From an uncultured Verrucomicrobiae bacterium (GTDB lineage Bacteria > Verrucomicrobiota > Verrucomicrobiia > Palsa-1439), in contig CAWEWF010000007.1 of assembly GCA_963812605.1 (NCBI GenBank), forward strand, positions 58,043 to 122,042: DNA of 64,000 nt. The letters run 5' to 3'. This document shows positions 9,739 to 20,304 of this stretch, in pieces (within the stretch, counting starts at the first letter, position 1; the number at the start of each line of letters is the position of its first letter). The notes under the pieces are model-generated. The model had not been told where the DNA came from. It worked only from the letters and a program-made list of their open reading frames with translations, and searched no databases. The position numbers and the translations under genes were made by a program.

Positions 9739-10550
9739 AGCGCCCCGAGGAATTCGCTGAGCAGCCTGGCGAGTTTTCCCTGGGCCGCGCGGCCCACTTC
9801 GAGAACTTCGTCATGCGACAATTTCTTGCTGGAAATGCCGGCGGCCAGGTTGGTGATGCAGGAAACACCAACGACTTCGATGTTGTGGTAGCGCGCCATG
9901 ATGACTTCCGGCACGGTGCTCATTCCCACCGCGTCGGCGCCGATCCACGCGAACGCCTTGATTTCGGCGGGGGTCTCGTAGCTCGGTCCGGTCGTGGCCA
10001 GGTAAACGCCGCGCCAGACGGGGATCTGCTGTTTTTCGGCCGCGGTATCGAGTTTTTCGCGCAGCCGAGGGGAATAGGCCTGGCTCATATCGATGAATTT
10101 GACGCCGCCATCGCTATTGACGCCGCCGATGAGCGGGTTGATGCCCAAATGATTGATGTGATCTTCGATTACCATGAGATCGCCCGGCTTGTACTGCGGA
10201 TTGATGCCGCCAGCCGCGTTCGTGACGATGAGCACTTTCACGCCGAGCGCGTCGACCACGTGGATCGGGTAGGTGATCTCCGCGGGAGTGCGCCCTTCGT
10301 AGCAGTGAAAACGTCCACTCAACACCAGCAGTTTCTTTCCCGCCAGTTCGCCGAAGATCATCTGGCCGGCGTGTCCCGCGACCGTGGGCTTCGGGAAATG
10401 GGGAATATCGGTGTAAGGGATGACGAACGGCTTCGTGACGCCCTGAGTGATGCCGCCCAGGCCGGAGCCCACTACCAGTGCCACGTCCGGCTTGAAGCCG
10501 GCCAACTTCGACTCCAGGAAATCCTTGGTCTCTTTTACATTCGCCATCAT
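9735..10550 (-). CDS. punA: Purine-nucleoside phosphorylase (trimeric type)
   Basis: GSGLG, VAGHAG, GRFHCYEG, TNAAGG, GPSYETPAE, GADAVGMSTVPE. Confidence 0.95.
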   Translation of the reverse strand: MMANVKETKDFLESKLAGFKPDVALVVGSGLGGITQGVTKPFVIPYTDIPHFPKPTVAGHAGQMIFGELAGKKLLVLSGRFHCYEGRTPAEITYPIHVVDALGVKVLIVTNAAGGINPQYKPGDLMVIEDHINHLGINPLIGGVNSDGGVKFIDMSQAYSPRLREKLDTAAEKQQIPVWRGVYLATTGPSYETPAEIKAFAWIGADAVGMSTVPEVIMARYHNIEVVGVSCITNLAAGISSKKLSHDEVLEVGRAAQGKLARLLSEFLGAL

Positions 10551-10563
10551 CTGAATCAGGTCC

Positions 10564-11916
10564 TCACTCGATCTTTTGCACGATCAGCGGAGATCGTATA
10601 TTCACCGGTTTGTCTTCGATCTTATAGGCGGCGCGCACCATACGGGTCGCCTCGGCAGCACGCGTCTCATCGTTGTAATGCATGATCATCAACGGTTCGC
10701 CCGCCTTCACCGCGTCACCAATCTTCTTTGGTTCCTCGAAACCGACCGCGAAATCAATCTTGTCCGCCGCCACTTGCCGACCACCACCGAGCGCGATGAC
10801 GGCGTACCCGATTTGGTCGCACTCGATGGACTGGACGAATCCCGACTTTGGCGCGGCGATTGGCTTCGTCTGTTTTGCGGACGGCAATCGCTTCCAATCC
10901 TCGCAAACTTTCGCATCGCCACCCTGGGCCCCGATCATTTCGGCAAACTTGCGAAGGGCTTCGCCATTCGCGAGTTTCTTTTGCAGGATTTCCCTTGCGG
11001 CTGCAACATTTTTCGCAACGCCCGCCAGCAGCAACATCTCTACGGAAAGCGCGAGTGTGACCTCGAGCAGGTCGTCGGCCCGGGTGGAACCATTCATGAT
11101 CTCGATGCATTCGCGAACTTCCAGGGCGTTGCCGATCTTCTGTCCGAGCGGCTGGTTCATGTCGGTCTGCAGCGCGCAGACTTTTTTCCCGTAACGTTTG
11201 CCGACCTCGACCAGCGCCTTCGCCAGGTCGCTTGATGTCTCTCGCGTCCGCATGAACGCGCCGCTGCCCCATTTCACATCGAGCACGAGGCCATCCACGT
11301 TCTCCGCCAGTTTCTTGCTCATGATGCTCGCCACGATGAGGGGCAGGCATGAGACCGTCGCCGTCACGTCTCGTAACGCGTACAGTTTCTTATCAGCGGG
11401 AGCAATCTCGGCGGTCTGACCGATCAGGCAACAACCGACTCTGTCGGTGATCCGCTTGAACTCGTCGAGCGACAGATTCACGTCGTAACCGGAAATGCTT
11501 TCGAGTTTATCCAGCGTGCCGCCGGTCGGGCCGAGCCCGCGTCCGGAAATCATCGGTACTTTCACGCCGCAACAGGCGACAAGCGGCGCGAGAATCAGCG
11601 ACACTTTATCACCGATGCCGCCCGTGCTGTGTTTGTCAGCGTAGAACGCGGATGGTGGCACAGGCGTCCCTGCCTGTGGGGCGGATTGCCCGGCACGTCT
11701 CCATTCGACGACCTTGCCGCTCTCCACCATGGCGCGCGTGAGCCACATCGTTTCGTCGAAATTCATTCCTTGGAAACAAATCGCCATGGCCAGCGCCGCC
11801 ATTTGATATTCCGGCAACTCGCCGCTGGTGAACCCGTTTATGAAAAAGCGAATTTCTTCTTCGGTCAGCACATTTCCGTCGCGCTTCTTCTGGATGATTT
11901 TGGCGGGTAAGAGCAT
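10564..11916 (-). CDS. pdp: Pyrimidine-nucleoside/thymidine phosphorylase
   Basis: KKRDG, DKHSTGGIGDK, SGRGLGPTGGTLDKLESI, APADKKLYALRDVT, SIMSKKLA. Confidence 0.95.
   Translation of the reverse strand: MLLPAKIIQKKRDGNVLTEEEIRFFINGFTSGELPEYQMAALAMAICFQGMNFDETMWLTRAMVESGKVVEWRRAGQSAPQAGTPVPPSAFYADKHSTGGIGDKVSLILAPLVACCGVKVPMISGRGLGPTGGTLDKLESISGYDVNLSLDEFKRITDRVGCCLIGQTAEIAPADKKLYALRDVTATVSCLPLIVASIMSKKLAENVDGLVLDVKWGSGAFMRTRETSSDLAKALVEVGKRYGKKVCALQTDMNQPLGQKIGNALEVRECIEIMNGSTRADDLLEVTLALSVEMLLLAGVAKNVAAAREILQKKLANGEALRKFAEMIGAQGGDAKVCEDWKRLPSAKQTKPIAAPKSGFVQSIECDQIGYAVIALGGGRQVAADKIDFAVGFEEPKKIGDAVKAGEPLMIMHYNDETRAAEATRMVRAAYKIEDKPVNIRSPLIVQKIE
11654..11678 (+). repeat. REP-like palindrome inside pdp
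   Basis: GGTGG-CACAGGC-GTCCCT-GCCTGTG: 7-bp stem preceded by a GTGG tetranucleotide. Confidence 0.6.
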
Positions 11917-11923
11917 GGTTTCG

Positions 11924-14159
11924 TCACTTCCATTTCAGGAGGGAAATGATGTCTGAAAAATCGTCCGTCCACAAGCCGAAGCTGGGCCGAGCCTCCAGCA
12001 GCTGCCATCGCCGGTCTGACGGCAGCGCGCGCAAATCCTCTTTGGCGCGCGCCAGGACGACCCATTGGGACGCTTCCTTGCCCTGGGCCGACTCGCTGGC
12101 ACTGATGGCGAGGTCGTCGCGATAGTAGCAAACCAAACGGGCATCCCTCGCGAGATTGGCGACGACCGGCTTGAGATCGAGCCGCCGGTTGGAAATGTGC
12201 AAGGCGATTAACCCGCCATCGGCCAGTTTCTCGAGATAGAGGCGCATGGCTTCACGCGTCAGCAGATGGACGGGGATCGCATCCGAACTGAAAGCATCGA
12301 GGATCAGCAAACCATACTGCCGTTCGGGAGCTTCGCGGAGCCGCAGTCGCGCGTCTCCCAGGATCACATTCAATTTCCCGGCGGAACTGCGCTTCAGAAA
12401 AGTAAAATACCGCGGGTCATCGGCGATGCGCTGGACGGCGGGGTCGATTTCGTAGAATGTCCAATCCTGTCCTGGCTGCGCGTAGCAAGCCAGCGTGCCC
12501 GCTCCCAAACCAACGATGGCCACGCGCGGCGCGACGGGGGCGGCATTGAACACGTCAAACACCTGCCCGACAGGCCCGGTGCGATGGTAATAGGCCAACG
12601 GTTCGGTCGCACGCGCTGGATCGACGCTTTGGCGACCATGAACCGTGTTGCCCTGCACAATCTGGTGAAACTTTCCCAGCGGATCGGTCGTGACGCGCAA
12701 CACCCCGAAGAAATCCCGTTCGATATGCAGGATTCGGCCCTGCGAGGACGCATACAGACTGGTGGCGGTGAGCATCGCGACAAGACTCAGGGCAAATTGA
12801 GCCGGGCGTTTGACGAGCCGGTAGGCCAGCAATGCCGGCACGCCAAAAATGGCAAGGGTGCCCAGGAGCGCCGGGGTTGCGCTGGAAGTCTGCAGTGACA
12901 GGATGAGCCCGGCCATTAGTAAGCCAATGCCCAGCGGCCACAAGGATTTTTGCCAGGGCTGTCTGCGTGGGGACAATTGGAGTTGTAACCACGGGACGCA
13001 CGGCACAGGCCAATATCATTCCCAAGGGATATTCCCATACCCGATGAAAAATCACGGGCGCAAGCAGCGCGTTCATGATCCCACCCAGCACGCCGCCCAC
13101 GGACAGGCAGAGATAAAAATCCGTCAGGCGCGCTGCCGGTGGACGATCCCTGACCAGTTCGCTGTGGCAAATCATCGCGGCGGCAAAGAACATCAGCAAA
13201 TGCAGAGTGACGATGAGCCAGGCGGGCTCGGTTACTTCCACGGTTATGATGATGATCGACACCACGGTGAGGAAACACAGGATGCGACCCAGCCAGAATG
13301 GCGCGAGAAGTGGCCGTCGCGCAAATACGAGGATGAATGTCAGGAGGTAAAGTCCCAGCGGCAACACCCACAGGAGCGGAATGGGTGCCACGTCGGTTGT
13401 GATATAGGTGGTCACGCCCAGCATCAAGCTTGATGGCACGAACGCCAGCAGCATCCAACGCAACCGTCGCCGCCATGCCACCGGCCCGCTGCTTTCAAGG
13501 CTATCGCTGGTGCGCGGTTCAGGGATTCTTCGACGCCACATCGTCGCCGCACAGCCCAACACCAGCACGACAAGAATTCCGTAGCCCACGGTCCAAAACC
13601 GGCTCTGTTGCGCTAACCGTAACCGGGGTTCGATCAGGATTGGATAGCCGAGAAGTCCCAACAGACTGCCGGCGTTGCTGGCGGCATAGAGAAAGTACGG
13701 ATTGCCAGCGTCGGGATGCGTGGTGGATGCGAACCATTTTTGCAGCAATGGCGCGGTGGCCGATACTACCAGCAGGGGAAGACCGGCGGTCAATGCCAGA
13801 AAGCCCAACAGCCAGGGGATGGGATTTGTGTCGACAGGCACCGAGCCGAGCATTCGTTGCGAGAGGCTGATGGGAAGCACCACCGCGGGCAGCAGCATCA
13901 AACCCAGATGGGTCAATGCCTGGTATCGCGACCCGATCCAGCGCGCAGACCAGTGCGCATACGCGTAGCCCAACAGGAGGGTCGATTGAAAGAACACCAT
14001 GCAGGTGTTCCAGACGGCGGGCACGCCGCCCAACAATGGCAAAACCATTTTCCCGATCATGGGCTGGACCCCGAACGACAAGGCCGCGCTCAGGAAGAGT
14101 GTTGTGGAAAACAAAAGCGCCGTGCGTTCCCCATTCCGCGGGTCAGAACGCATTTCCAT
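11924..14159 (-). CDS. Fused membrane domain / spermidine-synthase-like SAM-dependent protein (one +1 frameshift near 12960)
   Basis: Multi-TM N-part (QPMIGKMVLPLLGG.PAVWNT, NPYFLYAASNAGS, CHSEL) joined to GNTVHGRQ, GLGAGTLA, YEIDP, GDAR, DAFSSDAIPVHLLT; two overlapping ORFs form one typical protein. Confidence 0.88.
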
Positions 14160-14284
14160 CGCGCTTCTTCTGGATGGTTTGGGCGGGTGGAAGCATCTTG
14201 CGATTTGGAGCCTGATTTGACATGCTTCGTTTCAGAAGCCGATTCTAGGGCGAGTGGGGAAAATGGCAATGGAATTAGACTTAA

Positions 14285-14716
14285 ATGACTGATTTACCGC
14301 CGCTACTCCGGGATCAAAGGAAGGTGGATGCCGACCATTTGAAGATGTTGGCCATTTTCCATTTTGTGGGGGTGGGTCTGGCGTTGCTGGGCATTGGATT
14401 TCTGTTTCTGCATTACACCGTGATGCACATGGTCATGTCCAATGCCAAGGTGTGGGAGGGGCAAAAGAATGCACTGCCACCGCAGGAATTCTTCGCAATC
14501 TTCAAGTGGTTTTATCTGGTGTTGGGCGTGTTTCTGGTTGCGAGCGGCATCGGCAACCTGCTCTCAGGCCTGTGGATCCTCGCCAGGAAAAATCGCATGT
14601 TTTCGCTGGTGGTTGCCGGGTTAAACTGTCTTCATGTTCCGCTCGGCACGGTCCTCGGCGTTTTTACCATGATCGTTTTGTTGCGAGACTCTGTTCGCGA
14701 ACTATATGAGGATTAA
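14285..14716 (+). CDS. Hypothetical membrane protein (3-4 TM)
   Basis: 143-aa ORF filling the gap; hydrophobic segments; PLGTVLGVFT motif. Confidence 0.75.
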   Translation: MTDLPPLLRDQRKVDADHLKMLAIFHFVGVGLALLGIGFLFLHYTVMHMVMSNAKVWEGQKNALPPQEFFAIFKWFYLVLGVFLVASGIGNLLSGLWILARKNRMFSLVVAGLNCLHVPLGTVLGVFTMIVLLRDSVRELYED

Positions 14717-14766
14717 GCCGGGGCTGCGGTGAACCCGGCGTTAAGCGGCGGCATTGCGCAGGGTGG

Positions 14767-16877
14767 TCAGCCAAAGAGTCCAGGACCTTGGTCGTCGGCT
14801 GAACCGCGGGCGGGCGTCGAATCACCGGTCAACATCTCGGCAAACTTCTTGTAGAGTGACTTCAATTTGTCGAGGTAGTAGTCGATGTTTTCGTCGCGAC
14901 GGGCGGGATTGAAGTCCGATGGCGAGTTTGCAGTTGTCGTAAACGCTGACGCGTTTGCTGTCGCCGGTGACGTAGTAGGTGATCTGGTCGCCCGGTTGGT
15001 AGGTGCTTCCCCGATTTGAAGGCCAGCTCATACACGGCACTGCGGTTGCGGGCGCTCTTGGCGATCTTTTGTTGATAAGCATCCAGTGTGTCCTGCAGCG
15101 TCTCCGTTTTGGCGAGCATTTCGATGGGGAACTGGCCGCGTTCGATCTTCTGGCAGTAGTTCTCGTAGAGTTGCGGTATCTGTTTCGCTTCACCTGTGAG
15201 CGCGAGCCGGAGCGCGTCCTCGAGAAACCGGCGCTGGAACTTTTCCAAACCTCGCGAGCGAAGCGCGGAGCCGGTCACGTGCAGCTTGCCATCACTATCG
15301 AGCAGTGCGTAGTTCTTCATCTTGTAACTGAACATCGCAGGGAACTGTCCGTCGATCTCGACATCGAGGCCCTTGGGCAGCGCGGCCTGCAACTCGCTCT
15401 CGAGCGTTTTGGGATCGGTCTGGGGCGGGGGGACGAAGTACAGGCCGTCGGTATCGATTTCGATGACGTTAGCGCCACGTTTCTGCAGCCAGTCGAGCAT
15501 CGTCTTGAGCGTCTCGCGACCCCTGGCGGTGACTTCCTCCGCCGCCGTGAAATCGCCGAAGTGCGCCTGCGAAAAACCGAGGTACCCGTAAAAGGAGTTG
15601 ATGAGGATCTTGAAGGTCTGCTGCAAGGCGTCCAGGTGCTGTCGCTGCCGATCATCCTTCGCGGCTTTGACGTCCGCTTTGGCGCGCAGGCGGAAGTGGC
15701 GGAGATCGCGCAGCAACGGGAGGAGCAGATTCAGCTCGTCGCGTTGCGATTTGATGTCAAACGCCAGCATCAGCGACGGATAGAGCGATTGCACATCGCA
15801 ATGCCACACGTTGCGCAGGATGCCCTCGCGGAAAACATCCGTGTAACCGCCCGCGAACGGACGCGGTTCGCTGAATTGCGGGACCGAATGCCGCTGGTAC
15901 AGATACTCGCGTAGAAAAAGCGCGTCGATCTTCGTCGCGTTGCCGCGGACGACGACGTCCTGATAGTTGTACGGGAAAATTTGCGCCTGGACGAAATAAC
16001 TCGGGCTGAGCAGGTCGCCAATTTTCCGCACCGCCGCCGCGTCGGTTTCCGGCACGCCAAAATGCCGGGCGACTTCGTCGAGGTCGAAGCCCTCCAATTC
16101 ACGCGACGACACGTCGTAGTACACGCTGAGCAGAAACGTATCGACGACATGGCGACCGTGGATTTCGTATTTGGGGTATTGGATGGTGCGCTCGGCGATT
16201 TGCACGCGCGACTGGCGGGAGCGAAGGGGCGAGCCATCGCGGCCGAGTTTCAGCGGCACGCGGACGACGCGCGCGCGAGCAGTGAGTTGCGCCAGGACGC
16301 CGCGGAAAACGTCGTGCCCCTCGATCACGTCCGGGTCACGCTCCTGGATTGTCTCGACGAATTTCTTGAGGATTCGGGCCTCCGTCCCCGTGAGTTCCTC
16401 CTGCCAACCGCGATTATCACAAAGTTGCAAAGCCTGCAGGATGCCGTCGGCAGCGACGACTGTCGCCAATTGCAGGCGATGAAGCTGGTCAAAGCGCAGG
16501 GCCTTGAACGACGTACGCCCCGTAGCCATTAAATACTGTTGTACGGGATCGTTGACGGCAAAGTAAGGGGCGGCGCCGAGAAATTTGCGCGCTTGCTGAA
16601 AATCCGTCCAGGATTGGAACCGTGCGAGAGACTTAAACGCGCCACCGCCTGCCAGCGGCACATACTCGACTTTGCGGTCGAAACCCTGCAGGAAGACTTG
16701 CTCGCCCAGCCAGAGGAATGGCTCGAACGACTGCGTTTCGGTCGTGAGCCTGCCGTCGATTCGGCGGAAGACGGTAATTTCGGAGTCACCGGCGAGTTCC
16801 ACGCCGACGATGCCCGAAGTCTCGTCACGGCCAAAAAGCAGTTGGTTCTCGGTGAAGGACGCCGCGCTGGCTTTCAC
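14767..16877 (-). CDS. polB: Family B DNA polymerase with degenerate 3'-5' exonuclease (two +1 frameshifts near 15005 and 14920)
   Basis: CDVQSLYPS, KILINSFYG, EIDTDG and KNYA motifs. The reconstructed C-terminus YQPGDQITYY...DENIDYYLDKL...DDQGPGLFG ends at the TGA at 14767. Confidence 0.88.
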
Positions 16878-16891
16878 AGTGGCACTATAAC

Positions 16892-16928
16892 AAAAACGGC
16901 CTGTTCCGAAAGCTTTCGGAACAGGCCG
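16892..16928 (-). terminator. Intrinsic terminator (perfect 32-bp palindrome plus T tract)
   Basis: CGGCCTGTTCCGAAAG/CTTTCGGAACAGGCCG at 16897-16928, followed by TTTTTG on the minus strand. Confidence 0.8.
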
Positions 16929-16946
16929 GGTGGTGGATAGAGAAAG

Positions 16947-17336
16947 TTACTTCAAGTCTGTCCAACTGAATAACAGACGGTAGACGTTGTCAAAAAAGCG
17001 GCAAAACTGATGGCCAATATAGCTGAGTGGGCCAAGCGGATGCACATTTCCACCTTGAATCGTCCCACCGGCCTGAATCAGGTCCGCCTGCGCCGCCAAT
17101 TCACCAAGTTGTCGTTCGCTAAGTTGCGAGAGACGGGCTCGTGCCTGCTCGCTGCTCAAGCCGACGGCCTGGAGTTGGGTCGCCACGATCTTCTCGCTGA
17201 GCAGCGCATCGGCCTTTTGATACGCCGTGGAAGCGCTGGCCGATGCAACGGACTCACAAGGAGCGGCGTAAATGGAGGATGCGCCGACGATGATTGCTGT
17301 GACCGCGGACAGGACAAATAAGCGTGCCATATTCAT
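16947..17336 (-). CDS. Secreted hypothetical protein (PA2779-like)
   Basis: GGAGG RBS, signal peptide, LQAVGLSSEQARARLSQLSERQLGELA..IQAGG pattern. Confidence 0.7.
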   Translation of the reverse strand: MNMARLFVLSAVTAIIVGASSIYAAPCESVASASASTAYQKADALLSEKIVATQLQAVGLSSEQARARLSQLSERQLGELAAQADLIQAGGTIQGGNVHPLGPLSYIGHQFCRFFDNVYRLLFSWTDLK

Positions 17337-17376
17337 GATGATCGCCTCCGAATATCTGTCCCAAGTATAACGCAAG

Positions 17377-18507
17377 TCATGCCCGGCACAAGGAAATTTT
17401 CTCGCGTACCCAGGCAATCTCGCGGCAAATGTTCTCGACGAGCCTTTCGCGCCCGCGCAGGTGTTCGGGCCACGTGTAGGTTTCGATGATCAGCGGTACG
17501 GCGAGGGCCACGGAGGGAAGTGCTGTCAAAAACCCTTCCACCTCGGCCAGCGTTGTCGCCACGGGAGAATTCATTTGGGGACAAACCGGCAGATGATAGT
17601 GCACCCGAAAACGCTCGATTCCCGCCGGCGGCGGTTCCGTTGGCCAATCCAGCGAGAAGAACGCCTTGCGGCCGTTTCCGTCCACACCACAAACCTGATG
17701 AAGGTAGATCGAGTCTTTGTAGAAGGGTTTGAGCTGGACCAACTCCGCTGCGTTCGAAACGTGGATTTTCGCCACCGGCACGCCATGTTTCTCGAGAAGC
17801 CCGAGCGAGTCGGCGAGGTCTTCGAATTCAACCAGTTGATGCGAAAGGTCGAAGTTGACGGCGAGATGTCTGCGGGATTCCATGGACACCGATTGTTCAA
17901 AGAACTCGATCACTTCAGCGGTTGTTTCCACCGTCAATCCCGGCTCGGGTTCGAGCGCAACGACACAGCGGACGCCGGTGCGTTGTTCCAACTTCGCGGC
18001 ATGCTCGGCGCAACGCAGGATGTTCGGCGCAATGGTCGCCAACGACACCGGCTTCAGCGCGCCAAACGGGACGCTGACGGATACGAACTCGGAATCCTGC
18101 GGCGCGAGTTGGGACAGCAGGTCGAGGCAGGCGTTCGTAAAGCGGACGCGAGCATCGGATTCGTGCCACGCGGGCAGATAGACCCGTTCCTTCACGGGCT
18201 GCCCGTGAAACGCGGGCATGACAAACCCATTCACGGTGACCAGCGCCAGATCGTGCGTGTCGAGAAAGTATTTGAGGCGCGCAACCTGGTCACAATCATT
18301 CTGCAAATCGCGGACGATTTGCGCCGAGAAGCGGAGTTCGATGGGAAAAACTTCGTTCGGGAAACCGCCCTCCTTGATTTGCAAAACCTCATCCTCGAGG
18401 CAGGTCCAGAGTTCCGCCAGCGAGTCGTACGGAAAGACGTTCAGCGCGTAGCCGACGGAGCGGGCTTGGCGGCGCTGGACGAAGTCGGCGATGTGATTTT
18501 CTGGCAT
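17377..18507 (-). CDS. eboE: EboE-like metabolite traffic protein (TIM barrel)
   Basis: TVNGF..FHGQPVKERVYLPAW, ALEPEPG, DLSHQLVEFED, KIHVSNA, YLHQV, RVHYHLP, IETYTW. Confidence 0.85.
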   Translation of the reverse strand: MPENHIADFVQRRQARSVGYALNVFPYDSLAELWTCLEDEVLQIKEGGFPNEVFPIELRFSAQIVRDLQNDCDQVARLKYFLDTHDLALVTVNGFVMPAFHGQPVKERVYLPAWHESDARVRFTNACLDLLSQLAPQDSEFVSVSVPFGALKPVSLATIAPNILRCAEHAAKLEQRTGVRCVVALEPEPGLTVETTAEVIEFFEQSVSMESRRHLAVNFDLSHQLVEFEDLADSLGLLEKHGVPVAKIHVSNAAELVQLKPFYKDSIYLHQVCGVDGNGRKAFFSLDWPTEPPPAGIERFRVHYHLPVCPQMNSPVATTLAEVEGFLTALPSVALAVPLIIETYTWPEHLRGRERLVENICREIAWVREKISLCRA

Positions 18508-19325
18508 GCGGCGTTGAGGAATTCAATGGATGCGCGGGCAACTTCCGTGGCACGGTGGCTGTCGCGTGTAAGCTCCACATTGATCAGTCCGGTGTATTTG
18601 TTGTCGCTGAGCACGCGGAGGATGGCGACGAAATCCAGTTGGCCTTCGCCGAACATCCGGTGCTCGTGTTTGCGGTCGCGGATGTCCTCGATGTGAATAT
18701 TGCGGACGAGGTTGGCAAACTTGCCATAAACCTGGCGGAACGGGGTGGTTTCGGTGCAGAACACATGGCCGATGTCCAGGGTCAGTCCAAAGCGCGCGCT
18801 GCTAATATGTTTCTTGAGCACTTCAAATTTCACCATGTCATCCACCAGCATTCCCGGTTCCGGCTCGAAGGCAAGTTGCACGCCACGGCGCTTGGAATGC
18901 TCCGCGAGCTGCAGGCAACCCGTGACGAGCCAGTCCCAGGCCTGATGTTCCGGGGTTTCGGGATCGGGTGCGCCCGACCAGAAGCTGACGCATTCGGCGT
19001 GCAAATCGGCGGCGATATCCACGGCCCGCCGCAGGAATTCCAGCCGAATCTGGCGGCCTTCGCCGCTCACAAGCGTGGGATGGTGCTTGCGCTGCGGATT
19101 GAGAAGGTAACGCGCTCCGGTTTCGATTACGACGCGGAGTTGCAGCTTGTCGAGCAGTTGGCGCAAGCGGCCAAGATCGGCGGGCTCGACCGTGAAGGGG
19201 TTGCAGTGGTAATTGTCCAGCGTCAACGCGACACCGCGATAGCCGCAATCGGCAATGATCTCCAGCGCATCCTCGAGTTTGTGGTGCGCAAAGCCGTTCG
19301 TGTTGTAACCGAAACTCAGATTCAT
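18441..19325 (-). CDS. Sugar phosphate isomerase/epimerase (xylose-isomerase-like TIM barrel)
   Basis: GYNTNGFAHH, IETGARYLL, FEPEPGM, LTLDIGH, HIEDI..HEH, NVEL.RDSH. Confidence 0.88.
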   Translation of the reverse strand: MNLSFGYNTNGFAHHKLEDALEIIADCGYRGVALTLDNYHCNPFTVEPADLGRLRQLLDKLQLRVVIETGARYLLNPQRKHHPTLVSGEGRQIRLEFLRRAVDIAADLHAECVSFWSGAPDPETPEHQAWDWLVTGCLQLAEHSKRRGVQLAFEPEPGMLVDDMVKFEVLKKHISSARFGLTLDIGHVFCTETTPFRQVYGKFANLVRNIHIEDIRDRKHEHRMFGEGQLDFVAILRVLSDNKYTGLINVELTRDSHRATEVARASIEFLNAACQKITSPTSSSAAKPAPSATR

Positions 19326-19464
19326 CTGTGTGTCTCGAACGACGACTCGCCCTGGTCAATCCGGCTCGAAAAATAACGCGAGTCTGATAGATTTGCGAGA
19401 GCAAATGATTCCCCCGTCACGATTTAAGGCACGGCCGATATGCATTTTCACGGGCGCCGCCAGG

Positions 19465-20304
19465 ATGTTTGGCTGTATTCTTGTGGCGTGGTTGACGATG
19501 GCGGCCGTGTACGAACCGCCCGCGCGTTCCGACCCGGATGTTCTCAAGGACAACGGACCCGCCGTTCCGGGGAGCGACCCGGCCCGCGCCGTCCTTTACC
19601 AGGGACGAGGCATCCAGCTTGTCAACGATGGCAAGCTGGAGCCGGCGCTGGACCAGTTTCGGCGCGCCGCCGCGTTCGATCCGTTGAATCCCAGCGTGCT
19701 TATCAATATCGCGTACGTGCTCGATAAGCTGGGACGGTATGAAGAAGCCATCGCCCAGTTGAAGGATGCCGAGAAAATCGATTCCCGCAACAGCATGATC
19801 TATCTGAACTGGGGCAACTCGCTCATTAATATGAAGAAGTTCGAGGAAGCCCTCCAGCCGCTCCAAAAAGCGGCGGATCTCGACCCCAGCAACGAACTTG
19901 TTTACGTGGAACTGGGCGCGGCCCTCAACAACCTCGGTCGTTTCCCGGAGGCCGCCGGCAAATTTGAGAAAGCGATCGAACTCAAACCAAAGGATGTCGC
20001 TTCCATCTTCAACCTTGCTGCCGTCTGGTCCAGGGCCGGCGAGACGGCGAAAGCCATCGAAAAATACGAGCGCGTCATCGAACTCGACCCGAAGAACCTC
20101 ACGGCTTACTTCAACTGCGCCGCGCTCTACGAAAAGAACAACAACCTCGACGGCGCCATCGATAAAATCCGCCAGGCGATCAAGGTTGATCCGGATAACG
20201 GGACCTTGCGTGAGGTCCTCTCGCGTTTGCTCGTCGCCAAGGCGAATCAGGTCCCCGCAGTCAAGGCGCCGGCCGGGTCACCCGAGCAAGAGGCGGCACA
20301 CTAG
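19465..20304 (+). CDS. TPR repeat protein, probably exported (start uncertain)
   Basis: About six 34-aa repeats ending in LDP/LKP; short hydrophobic N-terminus. Confidence 0.85.
   Translation: MFGCILVAWLTMAAVYEPPARSDPDVLKDNGPAVPGSDPARAVLYQGRGIQLVNDGKLEPALDQFRRAAAFDPLNPSVLINIAYVLDKLGRYEEAIAQLKDAEKIDSRNSMIYLNWGNSLINMKKFEEALQPLQKAADLDPSNELVYVELGAALNNLGRFPEAAGKFEKAIELKPKDVASIFNLAAVWSRAGETAKAIEKYERVIELDPKNLTAYFNCAALYEKNNNLDGAIDKIRQAIKVDPDNGTLREVLSRLLVAKANQVPAVKAPAGSPEQEAAH

Noticed and set aside
16897-16928. TGTTC...GAACA palindromes (here and at 63541-63558) as LexA boxes
   Set aside because: Spacers are 12 and 8 bp, not the 4 bp I recall for the Verrucomicrobia motif; the hairpin/terminator explanation is simpler.
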